A stretch of DNA of 64,000 nucleotides, taken from IMG/VR virus record IMGVR_UViG_3300044784_000011; one strand, given 5' to 3'. Every line of letters starts with the position of its first letter. The first letter of the stretch is position 1. Below, piece by piece: positions 26,422 to 35,694 of the stretch. Position numbers and translations under genes: made by a program. Below the pieces are notes generated by a model. The model was given only the letters and a program-made list of their open reading frames with translations. It did no database searches and was not told the DNA's origin. The DNA comes from a virus.

Positions 26422-26883
26422 ATGCCGAAGTCACGCCAGGTCTCCGTCCCAGCCAATGAGCGCTGGCGTCTCTTCATGGCGGGAGAGATCACTGTCGCCG
26501 ACATGGACGAGGAGGAGCTTGCGCGAGGGCAGTTCCGGGCTGGTGATGGGACGTTCCGGGGACGGCCGCCAAAGACCATCCCGCGAGACTTCGCTACGCA
26601 GCTGAGCCGGGAGCTACTGACCCGAGCCGACTCTGCGCTCAAGAAGCGCATTATGGAAGCGATCGACGTTCTGTACACAGAGATGACGGACGGCGAGAAG
26701 TCTGCTGACCGTATCCGAGCCGCGAACATCTTCCTGGAGCGTGTTCTGGGGAAGGTCCCGGATCGGGTTGTTGTGTCGCCTGGCCGACCGGAGTGGGAGG
26801 GTGCGGTAGACGAGTTCGTGGCTGGGCTGGAGGATGAGAAGATCAAGCGAGCGCGTGTTGTGCTCGGAAGGGAAGACACATGA
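26422..26883 (+). CDS. Probable terminase small subunit
   Basis: DMDEEELARGQFR..DGTF.GRPP pattern and RIRAANIFLERVLGK helix typical of actinophage TerS; first conserved gene after the putative ori. Confidence 0.6.
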   Translation: MPKSRQVSVPANERWRLFMAGEITVADMDEEELARGQFRAGDGTFRGRPPKTIPRDFATQLSRELLTRADSALKKRIMEAIDVLYTEMTDGEKSADRIRAANIFLERVLGKVPDRVVVSPGRPEWEGAVDEFVAGLEDEKIKRARVVLGREDT

Positions 26884-27140
26884 TCAGCGCGGTAGCCACC
26901 GAGAGGTTCGACACCGGTGCTCTAGCTCGACTGGAGCCGGGAACGCTGCGGCTCGTACGGGCGAAGCTCGACAAGGCGGTGTTCAACGTCGTTGGCGCGA
27001 TCGAACCGGGTGACGAGGTCTGGCTGGTCCCGCTCGATAGCCGCCTGATCCCGACCGGAGGCGTGCCCGTCGCTGGTGCGACCGTGGCCGGGACCGGCGT
27101 AGGGGTCGAAGGTCTCGTCACGCGTCAGACCGGCGAGTGA
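26880..27140 (+). CDS. Hypothetical protein
   Basis: ATGA overlap. Confidence 0.6.
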   Translation: MISAVATERFDTGALARLEPGTLRLVRAKLDKAVFNVVGAIEPGDEVWLVPLDSRLIPTGGVPVAGATVAGTGVGVEGLVTRQTGE

Positions 27141-27385
27141 TCCCTGAGCCGCGAGAGGTCTCGGAGGATGAGGCGCTGGAAGCCCGACCCTCGACGCGAA
27201 GTGTGGCGTTCAAGCCTGTTGCGAGGACGGACCTAGCATGGCACTTCCAGGTCGGAGTGCTCGCGAGCTACTGCGTCATGTGGTACGTCTGGAATGTGGT
27301 TGCCTTATCGCCGTGGCGTCGCCTACGCCGGTGGGCGAGCGGGTTGGCTACCCACAGATCACACAAGCCGGACGTAACCATCTAG
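27137..27385 (+). CDS. Small membrane protein
   Basis: GTGA overlap; hydrophobic segment. Confidence 0.55.
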   Translation: MIPEPREVSEDEALEARPSTRSVAFKPVARTDLAWHFQVGVLASYCVMWYVWNVVALSPWRRLRRWASGLATHRSHKPDVTI

Positions 27386-27488
27386 GGCTACACCGTCACG
27401 TACGAGGAGTATCCATCGTTGTCGTAGACTCGTGCTGGAACGCCTGCTACATACGAGGCGACGAGCCACGACAACGATTGGACGGGCC

Positions 27489-27713
27489 GTGACGAACGAA
27501 CGACCTTCCGAGACGCTGCCTCCTCGTACCGCCTACGCCTGTTGGCTCATCGCAGAGCAGGAAGGCGGAGGCGAGACCCGTAGGCGACTCCGGTATCACG
27601 ACCTTATGGTGCAGTATGGGTTCCTAATCGAGACCGAAGAGGCAGAGACCGGTCCACGCTTCGCCTGCGGTTGGGACCCTGACCCGAGTCGTCGGGCACT
27701 CGGTACCATCTAG
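27489..27713 (+). CDS. Hypothetical protein
   Basis: Codon bias only. Confidence 0.45.
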   Translation: MTNERPSETLPPRTAYACWLIAEQEGGGETRRRLRYHDLMVQYGFLIETEEAETGPRFACGWDPDPSRRALGTI

Positions 27714-27747
27714 TAGGCTCCTCCTCTCGTGAGGGAAGGGGGTGACT

Positions 27748-27975
27748 ATGCAGATTGGAGATACGGTCCACTTCGTAGACCAGCGAAGGCAGCAACACAA
27801 CGCGCTGCTTACCGCTGTTCACGACGGCGGGCAGGGGTTGCCGAACCCAGCGGTGAACCTGGTGTACGTCTCGGAGGACGAGACGAAGACAGACCCGTAC
27901 GGGCGACAGGTCGAGCGAAAGACCTCTGTGGTTCACAAGTCGAACCAGAGCGCCCAAGGCATGTTCTGGGAGTAG
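27748..27975 (+). CDS. Small beta-barrel-like hypothetical protein
   Basis: GGGGG RBS; IGDTVHFVD...ALLTAVH...VNLVYVS. Confidence 0.75.
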   Translation: MQIGDTVHFVDQRRQQHNALLTAVHDGGQGLPNPAVNLVYVSEDETKTDPYGRQVERKTSVVHKSNQSAQGMFWE

Positions 27976-28037
27976 TACGGTAAGCGGGACTAGTACATGC
28001 CGAGGAGGCGTGGAACACTCTCGCTGAGGAGGTCTCG

Positions 28038-28505
28038 ATGGGGAGAGTGTTGCGAGCGTTGGCGCTCGCGGGAGCGATCACGCTAGCGTCGATCGTTGGT
28101 CTGATCGAGGAGGCGCAGAGTACGGCCGGGCATACGCCCACCATTCAGATCGGGTTGTGGAATAGCCACAGGGTGAACGTCCACAACCTACCTCGGTGGT
28201 CGGGGTATAGCCCGACGATGAGCCGGATTGCCTGCCGTCACGCCTACGACATGGGGAGAACTGTGAGCGGCCGTCTCTACCACACGGACATCTCACACCA
28301 GGTTGGTTCGTGGCGCTGGCTCGGCCAGGTCGTCGGCTACACATCTGACCCGAGAGGCACCCAGTCTCTCTTCAAGGCGTACCACAACTCAGCGCCCCAC
28401 CGAGCGGTCTGGGAGGTCCGGCGTACTGTGTACGTGGGGGACTGCGCGGTCTGGAGTACGAAGTTCCATCGCTGGTACCACGTCGCGAACTTCCGAGACC
28501 CATGA
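28038..28505 (+). CDS. Secreted CAP/SCP (PR-1)-like protein
   Basis: Signal peptide; NSHR..HNL....MSRIACRHAYDM...LYH...WLGQVVG...YHNSAPHRA pattern. Confidence 0.6.
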   Translation: MGRVLRALALAGAITLASIVGLIEEAQSTAGHTPTIQIGLWNSHRVNVHNLPRWSGYSPTMSRIACRHAYDMGRTVSGRLYHTDISHQVGSWRWLGQVVGYTSDPRGTQSLFKAYHNSAPHRAVWEVRRTVYVGDCAVWSTKFHRWYHVANFRDP

Positions 28506-28744
28506 CCGAGGCGCTTCGACACCACCGGGCGCGAGGGCTAGGCGAACTCCCGACCATTCACGAGGTCAAGAGTGAGGACCGTCGCAAGATCAAGAAGCCA
28601 GCCGTTCACCCTCCGCTCTGGCGACCAGACGCGACTTGTGCTGAGCGTCTGCCTCCGCGATACGAGCCTTGCGGTGAGCCGATTGCGTTGGACTCCGGCG
28701 CATACTGTGATACGCACAAGCTTGAAGTGAGGAGAAACGGTTGA
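28502..28744 (+). CDS. Small Zn-finger-like protein
   Basis: TCAE...CGEP...YCDTH. Confidence 0.6.
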   Translation: MTEALRHHRARGLGELPTIHEVKSEDRRKIKKPAVHPPLWRPDATCAERLPPRYEPCGEPIALDSGAYCDTHKLEVRRNG

Positions 28745-29055
28745 GTGACCATGAGTCGAGCATTGCGATTATCATCGGCCGAGGACGGGCGAACAAGGAG
28801 CACCTAGGCCCGAGAGACTGGGGCGCGTTCCAGAGTCGGATCATCGACTACCTCAACGCCTTCGGTCAGTTCTTCCGTCTGGTGTACGCGATCGGCTACG
28901 GCTCGGGCGGTGTCGAGGAGAATTGCACCATCTTCGCGAACATACCGGACGCGAAGCTCGATGATCTCCGGGCGAAGCTCCTCCAGCTAGGTCTGTTGTA
29001 CGAGCAGGATGCGATCCTGCTGCTTGTGGGAGACCTGGAAGTGATCGCCTCGTGA
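28741..29055 (+). CDS. Hypothetical protein
   Basis: TTGA overlap; codon bias. Confidence 0.7.
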   Translation: MSDHESSIAIIIGRGRANKEHLGPRDWGAFQSRIIDYLNAFGQFFRLVYAIGYGSGGVEENCTIFANIPDAKLDDLRAKLLQLGLLYEQDAILLLVGDLEVIAS

Positions 29056-29264
29056 GGCTCGTCTATGCGATGCTGAACGATGAAGGGGCACTGATCGCTT
29101 CGGACTCGATTGAGTTCCAGCCGAACGGCGAAGAGATCAACCGGGCCGTGGAGATCAACCGAGAAAGCAAGACCTTCTACAGCTTTGCGCTCTGGTTCCG
29201 CGTCGTAGAAGCAACTCCGATCCGGCTACGCAAGCGACCAATCCGAGACGACCCGCAGGCTTGA
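29052..29264 (+). CDS. Hypothetical protein
   Basis: GTGA overlap. Confidence 0.6.
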   Translation: MRLVYAMLNDEGALIASDSIEFQPNGEEINRAVEINRESKTFYSFALWFRVVEATPIRLRKRPIRDDPQA

Positions 29265-29345
29265 GTTACCTCTGGGCGTGTGCACCCGTCGCGCTCGGAG
29301 CCGCATTCCTAGCCGTCGTGTATTGGCGGAGCCGAAGGAGACTCC

Positions 29346-29822
29346 ATGAATGAACCATCGCTCGGGAAGGTAGCTCGGGCTTGTGCCCTGTTCCTCCTCC
29401 CGTTCCTGGGACTGTATGCGATCGTGGTAGGCCTGGAGAAGAATGTAGGCTTCAGCGCTGCCTATGCCCAAGAGCAGACGACCGGGCCGCAGACGACCGG
29501 ACGGCCGACGACGAGCACTCGCGAGCCAACTACGACGACAGAGCCCGACGTCACCGGTACGTTCCCCGATACGACCGAAGGCCCGACCACGACTTTCATG
29601 CCTCCCACAACGGCCGATACGCCGGGACCTCCTTCCACGACGTACATGATCCCAGGCATTACCTCAGTACCGGGAGGCGGAGGCGCTAACCCGACCAATG
29701 CGACCAGCGCTGACTGCCGCGAGCCGATCGGGGTGACTGAGGTAACGTGGCGCTGTAACGGCTCTACATGGATCTGCCACGACAAGGTGGCGACTCCAGG
29801 AACGTACTGCATCGACCCGTAG
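29346..29822 (+). CDS. Secreted/membrane Thr/Pro-rich (mucin-like) protein with small Cys-rich C-terminal domain
   Basis: AAGGAG RBS; TM/signal; TTGPQTTGRPTTSTREPTTTT; four Cys near the C-terminus. Confidence 0.7.
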   Translation: MNEPSLGKVARACALFLLPFLGLYAIVVGLEKNVGFSAAYAQEQTTGPQTTGRPTTSTREPTTTTEPDVTGTFPDTTEGPTTTFMPPTTADTPGPPSTTYMIPGITSVPGGGGANPTNATSADCREPIGVTEVTWRCNGSTWICHDKVATPGTYCIDP

Positions 29823-29830
29823 GAGGTAGC

Positions 29831-30130
29831 ATGGCGTTCAACACTAGCAAGATCATAAGCTCGCGGTCGTGGCCGCTGACGCCGATCAGCGCGGATACCA
29901 CGCCGATCTTGTGGGTAACGCACGAGGTCATTACCAAGGACGCCGGACTACCAACCGAGTCGATTGAGCATGACTGGACGCTGGAGGCCCGGTTCCCGAA
30001 GATCGGCACCAACGCCGACCGCAACAAGGTGATCTTGGGGAAGGCGTCTGGCCAGCCCGAGTTCGACGCCTTGCTCAACGTCGTCCGCCAGGCGATGGTG
30101 GACGCTCGTGCCGGTCTAGGGACGATGTGA
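29831..30130 (+). CDS. Hypothetical protein
   Basis: AGGAGG RBS. Confidence 0.7.
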   Translation: MAFNTSKIISSRSWPLTPISADTTPILWVTHEVITKDAGLPTESIEHDWTLEARFPKIGTNADRNKVILGKASGQPEFDALLNVVRQAMVDARAGLGTM

Positions 30131-30378
30131 GCGAGAGTGGCGACGACGGCGGGATGGGACGGGCTTGGCTCGTCCTCTCGCTCGTGGACGCGAGAAACAA
30201 CTGCCGTGACTATGGTGCGACAGTTGAGCTATATCTCCGAGGCGGGCAGACAATTGTTGGCAAGCTCGACTCCGAGATGAACCAGCACCCGGAGGACACC
30301 GTCCATCTCAAGATGAGGCTCGGCGGGTGGGCAACGATCCTTACGAGCGAGATCATCGCGGTGGAGGTACGGAAGTGA
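30127..30378 (+). CDS. Small Sm/LSm-like beta protein (tentative)
   Basis: VELYLRGGQTIVGKL...TVHL...WATIL.SEIIAVEV pattern. Confidence 0.5.
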   Translation: MSESGDDGGMGRAWLVLSLVDARNNCRDYGATVELYLRGGQTIVGKLDSEMNQHPEDTVHLKMRLGGWATILTSEIIAVEVRK

Positions 30379-30620
30379 GTATGTGCGGGCCAGAGAACCC
30401 TTGCGCTCAGTGTCGGCCGATGTATGAGGACGACGAGCGGTATGCTCCCGAGAAGAACGGGCCTGGCTTTGTCCCGGCGGCCGGACGGAGGCGAGGCGTA
30501 CGACGGCCACGAGGCGGTGCAGGAGCCACGCTGCATGCCAAGGACCGGCTGCCGGTAGTCTCGGGCAGTCGCAGGGCAGAGAAGGCCAGGAGACGACAGA
30601 GACGACAGAGGAGGAGCTAG
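30375..30620 (+). CDS. Hypothetical protein
   Basis: GTGA overlap; CGPENPCAQC. Confidence 0.45.
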   Translation: MSMCGPENPCAQCRPMYEDDERYAPEKNGPGFVPAAGRRRGVRRPRGGAGATLHAKDRLPVVSGSRRAEKARRRQRRQRRS

Positions 30621-30775
30621 TGGCCGAGGCCAACATCGTTGTGGAGAACGCCCAGCTGCGTACGCTCATCACGCAGGCCAAGGGTCAGCTTCAGACGTTA
30701 AGCAACACGCTCGACCAGATCGAGACGGAGGCGAAGAACCTTACCGTCACCGTCACCCCGGCGGAGGAGGCGTGA
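30620..30775 (+). CDS. 51-aa coiled-coil microprotein (absent from ORF track)
   Basis: GAGGAGGAG RBS; MAEANIVVENAQLRTLITQAKGQLQTLSNTLDQIETEAK heptads. Confidence 0.6.
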   Translation: MAEANIVVENAQLRTLITQAKGQLQTLSNTLDQIETEAKNLTVTVTPAEEA

Positions 30776-31188
30776 TGGCGAAGACATACCGTGAGATGTA
30801 TGAGGCTACGGTCGAGTCCGGCAAGGTCACTCCTGGTCGATACGACGGGCAGGACACTGTTCTTCTCACGCTCCCGGCCCGGCTGGAGCTACCCGACCGA
30901 CACATGTGGGTGCACCCGAACGACGACGGCACGGTCAGGGTTGAGTTCGAGCGCAAGGACGGGCTGGCAGAGCTAGGGTTTGCCTCGACAGCCGAACTCA
31001 TCGAGGAGCTACACGCCCGCATGACGGTCGAGCGCTACTCCCTCACTAACCACATGGACCTCGACTACCGGACGGTGGACGGCCAGGACCCTGAGGACGT
31101 GGCCGAGGCGATGGAGGAGGAGGCAAGCCGTCTCATTACCGTCTCCAAGCGGGCCAGGGCCCAGGTCGAGACTGGCGACGAGGCGTGA
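30775..31188 (+). CDS. Hypothetical protein
   Basis: GGAGGAGG RBS. Confidence 0.7.
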   Translation: MAKTYREMYEATVESGKVTPGRYDGQDTVLLTLPARLELPDRHMWVHPNDDGTVRVEFERKDGLAELGFASTAELIEELHARMTVERYSLTNHMDLDYRTVDGQDPEDVAEAMEEEASRLITVSKRARAQVETGDEA

Positions 31189-31535
31189 GGACGCTCGCGC
31201 TCGACTTCGATGGAGTGCTACACTGGTACCGCGAAGGATGGAAGGACGGTTCCATCTACGACGAGCCGGTACCAGGCGCTGTTGAAGCCTGTGAGGTTCT
31301 GGGCCACCACTACCGGCTCGTGATCTTCTCGTCCCGAGCGGCGACGGCGGTAGGTATCGCCGACATGCAGAAGTGGCTGAGGTGGAACGGCTTCCCGACG
31401 TTCGCTGAGATCACCAGCGAGAAGCCGATAGCGACGATGTACGTCGATGACCGGGCGTACCGCTTCGAGGGAGACTGGGAGACGGCGCTCGATGAGATCG
31501 GCCACGCGCTGACGTTCGAGGAGGCCAAGTCGTGA
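31185..31535 (+). CDS. HAD-superfamily phosphatase (nucleotidase-like, capless)
   Basis: LALDFDGVL (motif I), IFSSR (II), KP...YVDDR (III/IV). Confidence 0.85.
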   Translation: MRTLALDFDGVLHWYREGWKDGSIYDEPVPGAVEACEVLGHHYRLVIFSSRAATAVGIADMQKWLRWNGFPTFAEITSEKPIATMYVDDRAYRFEGDWETALDEIGHALTFEEAKS

Positions 31536-31876
31536 TCGCCAAATACTGGGGACCGCTAGTGGAACGGCACCCGCTCGTGGAGCAGGCTCGGATGGTTCGG
31601 CCGTCGCCTCCCGCGATTCGTCTGCTGTTCCTCCGCCACGATTCCGAGCGATGGTTCGAGGTTATTCGCTCGATCATCTTGCGAAACCTGTTGACGCAAC
31701 GGTTCCGGTACTTCGTCACTATCAACGAGATAGCCAAGGCGACAACTGGCCCGATGCCTCTGGGTGGTGTGCCGGCGTTCCCGCTTGGCGACTTCCTTCA
31801 CGAGCTTGACGATGGGCGCAACAGACGCGACTTCCCCAGTCAGCGACTCAAGGACCGAATGAAGGGAAGGCCATGA
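31532..31876 (+). CDS. Hypothetical protein
   Basis: GTGA/ATGA coupling. Confidence 0.55.
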   Translation: MIAKYWGPLVERHPLVEQARMVRPSPPAIRLLFLRHDSERWFEVIRSIILRNLLTQRFRYFVTINEIAKATTGPMPLGGVPAFPLGDFLHELDDGRNRRDFPSQRLKDRMKGRP

Positions 31877-32316
31877 AGCTCTGCATGAACGAGATGATGT
31901 TCTGCCTCAAGCACGGTGGCGGGTTCCCGGATACAGAACTCGTGACCGGTGGAGCGGTCGGGATGGCGGAGTCTCAAGGGGAGACCGACGCTATCGGCCG
32001 ACTTGCCGGAGCCGACGCGATCCTGGACAACGAGGACTTGGGCTGGATGATGATCAGCACCAAGTGGCACGAGCAGAAGGTCATCGACCTCGTGGGCCAG
32101 AACTGGCGCGACCCGTACGTCAACGCGAAGCTCGCTCGGGCGGTGTTCCTGGAGTTCGTGAGCAAGCCCGGCGGAGGCTGGACTGCTTGGGCCGCCTTCA
32201 ACTCGAAGGCTTACGAGAAGTGGCTACCGATGGCGAGGAGCGCGGCCAGCCACCTGTGGGCTCCCAGCCCGTCCGGCGACTACATGGTGCAGATGAGGGA
32301 CCTAGCCACGAAGTAG
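31873..32316 (+). CDS. Lysozyme-like / lytic transglycosylase (SLT-like)
   Basis: AVGMAESQG (catalytic E), DLGWMMI, DPYVNAKLA, GWTAWAAF. Confidence 0.7.
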   Translation: MKLCMNEMMFCLKHGGGFPDTELVTGGAVGMAESQGETDAIGRLAGADAILDNEDLGWMMISTKWHEQKVIDLVGQNWRDPYVNAKLARAVFLEFVSKPGGGWTAWAAFNSKAYEKWLPMARSAASHLWAPSPSGDYMVQMRDLATK

Positions 32317-32322
32317 GTGATC

Positions 32323-32607
32323 ATGGCGACGATCAAGCGACGGGTCACCGAGACTGTTGAGGTCACGCAAGAGCCTCGCAATGAGTCGTTCATCACGTTG
32401 TTCGACCTTGCGGAGTTCGGCTCGGATTGTGCTGACGCCAAGCTACCGGGTGACGTTGGGATCCAGGCCCGTTGCGAGGAGGATGGCCGGGCTACTCGTT
32501 TGCGAGCCGTCGCTGATATTGTTGTTAGCGATGACGACAAGACCGATCCGAACGGCGATAAGGCAGCCGCTGTAACGCAGACGCTGGGACCGAGGAGACC
32601 CGGCTAG
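32323..32607 (+). CDS. Hypothetical protein
   Basis: Codon bias; follows the transglycosylase. Confidence 0.55.
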   Translation: MATIKRRVTETVEVTQEPRNESFITLFDLAEFGSDCADAKLPGDVGIQARCEEDGRATRLRAVADIVVSDDDKTDPNGDKAAAVTQTLGPRRPG

Positions 32608-32617
32608 GGACCATACA

Positions 32618-34786
32618 ATGCACAAGGAGGAACGGCACGTGCGAATCCGTACGCGAAGAGGAGTCCGCTGGGTGGTAGCGGTCCTGGCGCTGGCGTTGCT
32701 TACTCCGGCGCTGACCTACCTTCCCGAGCAGCCGGCAACGGCCCAGGCCCAGCCTCCGCTGAACGGCGAGGCCATCCGCTCTGACAACTGGGTGGCGCTT
32801 GACGACCCGGTGGACGGGGCCAACGACGAGGCTTGCACCGACGACGATGACCCGGACTACACGCCCTGTTGGGATGGCAACGACCTCCACCAAGGCTACA
32901 CTCGTACCAACGATGCGTTCTTCGCCAAGGGAGGGAAGCCGGACTGCCTGGTCACGACCGGGCGCAGTCCCCACGCCTACAACAACTCTGGGCAGGGAGC
33001 GCCGACCGGGCTCCAGACCAACTTCTTCTACGACCAAGAGCGGCACGTCATCAGCAACGCCGACCCGGCCCACGACGACTATGAGCAGGATGACCCCTGG
33101 GCAGACCCGACGTACTATGTGCACACCGCGCAGGACGACGAGGTCAGCACCCAGACGATCTGTGGCCGGCAGACGATCGTGCTCACCGGCTCCTCGTTCA
33201 CCGTCACTTTCCCGCGAGCGCTAGCCATCGCTCCGGCATTCGTGGTCTTCTCTGTGGGGTCGATGGACTCCGATGAGAACGGCCACCAGATCAGAGCCAA
33301 GCGGCTCAACACCAAGACCGCCACAGGTTTCACCGGCAGCGTCTGGAACGGCGCCAACCCTAGCCTCTCACTCGCCGGTAAGACGGTCATCATCGACTAC
33401 TGGGCCGACACCCGTACCTCGGCCAACGAAGGCGGGTATTGGCACCGGGGCGGAACCCTTACCGCCAACACCAACGCATCTGGTGACCTGACGATCAACT
33501 TCCCGGACTTCAACGCTGGCAACGCTCCCAGCGCCATCTATGTCGTCAACTCTGGCGGCTCCGTTGTGCCGGGTCGGGTGGTCGCTTGGGACCTCGACTC
33601 CACGCAGGCCAAGGCCCGCATCTGGAAGCACATCCGGTGTACGCCGACTCCAACCTGTGATACGCGCATCAAGTCGTCCTCAACCTCGGTGAACTATGTG
33701 GCTGTAGGGCCCAAGGGCGGCTCGCCTCGGCGCTGGAACGACCAGGGTGGAGGCGGTTGGACTCAGACCGTGGCCGACACCGACCCGAATGACTTGGGGA
33801 TCGACGCGGAGTGTGGCGAGGACGCCAACGGCGATGACTCCTGCTACCGTTGGGACCACACTCTGAGCCGGGTGGACTACGGGTATGAGACCAGCTTCGA
33901 GGACCTGGACGACATCGATGGGCTCGACCCTACGGTGTACTTCGGAAACGCAGCGCTCGACTGGTCCACGTTCGACTCCAACGCGCCGACGATGGAGGAG
34001 GTTCCGGTAGCTGTCGCCAACTGGAAGGTGTCCGCCCAGGACATCGGCGACGAGGCCTGTGCTACGCAACAGTCGCTCCTGACGGACGGCTATTACGATG
34101 ACGGGCTCAACCACATCTATAGCACGACCACCATCCACAACACCAACAGCGCTATGCACTTTGGGTCGATCCCCATCACGGTCGGAGAAAACTGCGGCAT
34201 CGAAGGTGTGTACCGGCATGAGATCGGCCACGGCTTCGCGCTCGGCCACAACGAGGAGTCAACCTCCATCATGAACACGGCGGAGGCCCACGGCTTCAGT
34301 ACCCTCCCGTTGGACGATCAGGTGTCGTTCCGGTCGATGTACGGCTACTCCGGCTCCCTGTACCGCAAGGGACTGAAGGCCAGCGACTTCGCTACTGTGG
34401 GCAAGGGGTTCTCTGTCGCGCGGGTAACGGTCGTGAGCAAGGGTAAGCCAGTCCTCGTTCGCGGCATCCCGCACACGCCCGTCAACGTGGAGGTCTCGAA
34501 CTGGGCCGGGAAGGTACCAGCGACCGTACTTGTGCTGGGCGGCTCGATGCCGAACGGGATCACGGCGGTTCCCAGCGACACCATGAACGTCCATGCCTGG
34601 GACACCGGCGCGAGCTTCGTGGCTGAGGTCCGGGACGCTGATGGCGTCGTGGTGGAGGCGCTACATGTGGACGGCTCTCAGGTCCGCATGCACAAGGACG
34701 CGCACGCAACCGACGACATCGACGGTGGGAACGCACTCGTCGTGGACATCACCAGGCTGAAGGCGAAGGCCAAGAAGGTGGCCTAG
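32618..34786 (+). CDS. Large secreted multidomain protein with metzincin-type Zn-protease domain
   Basis: Signal peptide ending ATAQA; HEIGHGFALGH + SIMN Met-turn; two beta-rich lectin-like segments (VTFPRAL..PAFV; TINFP..APSAI). Confidence 0.8.
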   Translation: MHKEERHVRIRTRRGVRWVVAVLALALLTPALTYLPEQPATAQAQPPLNGEAIRSDNWVALDDPVDGANDEACTDDDDPDYTPCWDGNDLHQGYTRTNDAFFAKGGKPDCLVTTGRSPHAYNNSGQGAPTGLQTNFFYDQERHVISNADPAHDDYEQDDPWADPTYYVHTAQDDEVSTQTICGRQTIVLTGSSFTVTFPRALAIAPAFVVFSVGSMDSDENGHQIRAKRLNTKTATGFTGSVWNGANPSLSLAGKTVIIDYWADTRTSANEGGYWHRGGTLTANTNASGDLTINFPDFNAGNAPSAIYVVNSGGSVVPGRVVAWDLDSTQAKARIWKHIRCTPTPTCDTRIKSSSTSVNYVAVGPKGGSPRRWNDQGGGGWTQTVADTDPNDLGIDAECGEDANGDDSCYRWDHTLSRVDYGYETSFEDLDDIDGLDPTVYFGNAALDWSTFDSNAPTMEEVPVAVANWKVSAQDIGDEACATQQSLLTDGYYDDGLNHIYSTTTIHNTNSAMHFGSIPITVGENCGIEGVYRHEIGHGFALGHNEESTSIMNTAEAHGFSTLPLDDQVSFRSMYGYSGSLYRKGLKASDFATVGKGFSVARVTVVSKGKPVLVRGIPHTPVNVEVSNWAGKVPATVLVLGGSMPNGITAVPSDTMNVHAWDTGASFVAEVRDADGVVVEALHVDGSQVRMHKDAHATDDIDGGNALVVDITRLKAKAKKVA

Positions 34787-34801
34787 CAACAACTGCGGGA
34801 G

Positions 34802-34826
34802 CCGGGCGGGTACGCTTACCGCCCGG
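34802..34826 (+). terminator. Hairpin after the metalloprotease gene
   Basis: CCGGGCGG...CCGCCCGG stem. Confidence 0.45.
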
Positions 34827-34848
34827 TCTCCTGCTTCGAGGAGGATGC

Positions 34849-35694
34849 ATGACCGACGAGTCCGGATCACGGCGCTACCCGTCTCAGCCGACGCCCAGAC
34901 CGCTCAAGGACGGGTCAGTGACGATTGACCCTCGGCTCGACCGCGTGCCGGAGCACGATGCGCGGAGCCGTGCTTGGGACGTACGCGCTCTAATGGCCGC
35001 ACCAACGATCCTGCCACCGCTCAGGTCCTTCACGTGGCCGAACCGGATCGTGACCGACCAGGGCAACGAAGGCGCGTGTGTCGGTCACGGCCACATGGGC
35101 CGCTCGGTCAACGCGCCGGTCCCGGAGCGGGTCACAGGACCTGGTGGGGACGAGCGTGTGTCTGCGGTTGCATACCAGGTCTATCGCCACGCCCAGGAAG
35201 TGGACGAGTGGCCGGGCACCGACTACGACGGGACCTCGGTGCTTGCCGGTGCGAAGATCATGGCGCGGGACCGGCTGTATGAGAGCTACTGGTGGGCGTT
35301 CGACATCGACTCCATCCTGCTCGCCATCGCCTACGTCGGGCCGGTCGTCCTCGGCATACCATGGTTGGACTCGATGTTCGAGCCGAGGCCCAGCGGTCTC
35401 TTGGACTGCTCAGGGAACATCGCCGGAGGGCACTGCATCAGAGCACGAGGCGTCCGGCTCCGGGCGAGGCTGTACAAGGAAGGAATGGACCCCATCGAGG
35501 TCATCCGCCTGACCAACTCGTGGGGTCGCGGCTACGGGATCAACGGTGACGTCTTCATCAAGGTCGATGACCTCGCAGACCTCCTTCGGGATGAAGGCGA
35601 CGCCTGCGTGCCGGTCGAGCCGGGCCAGACGCGCTCCCAGCCCGGCGATGCTCCGCGTATCCCGCTGCTGCTACCGAACCTGGACATGCCATGA
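34849..35694 (+). CDS. Papain-like (C1) cysteine peptidase
   Basis: DQGNEGAC (oxyanion Q, catalytic C), GGHCI (H), TNSWG..YG.NG (N). Confidence 0.85.
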   Translation: MTDESGSRRYPSQPTPRPLKDGSVTIDPRLDRVPEHDARSRAWDVRALMAAPTILPPLRSFTWPNRIVTDQGNEGACVGHGHMGRSVNAPVPERVTGPGGDERVSAVAYQVYRHAQEVDEWPGTDYDGTSVLAGAKIMARDRLYESYWWAFDIDSILLAIAYVGPVVLGIPWLDSMFEPRPSGLLDCSGNIAGGHCIRARGVRLRARLYKEGMDPIEVIRLTNSWGRGYGINGDVFIKVDDLADLLRDEGDACVPVEPGQTRSQPGDAPRIPLLLPNLDMP

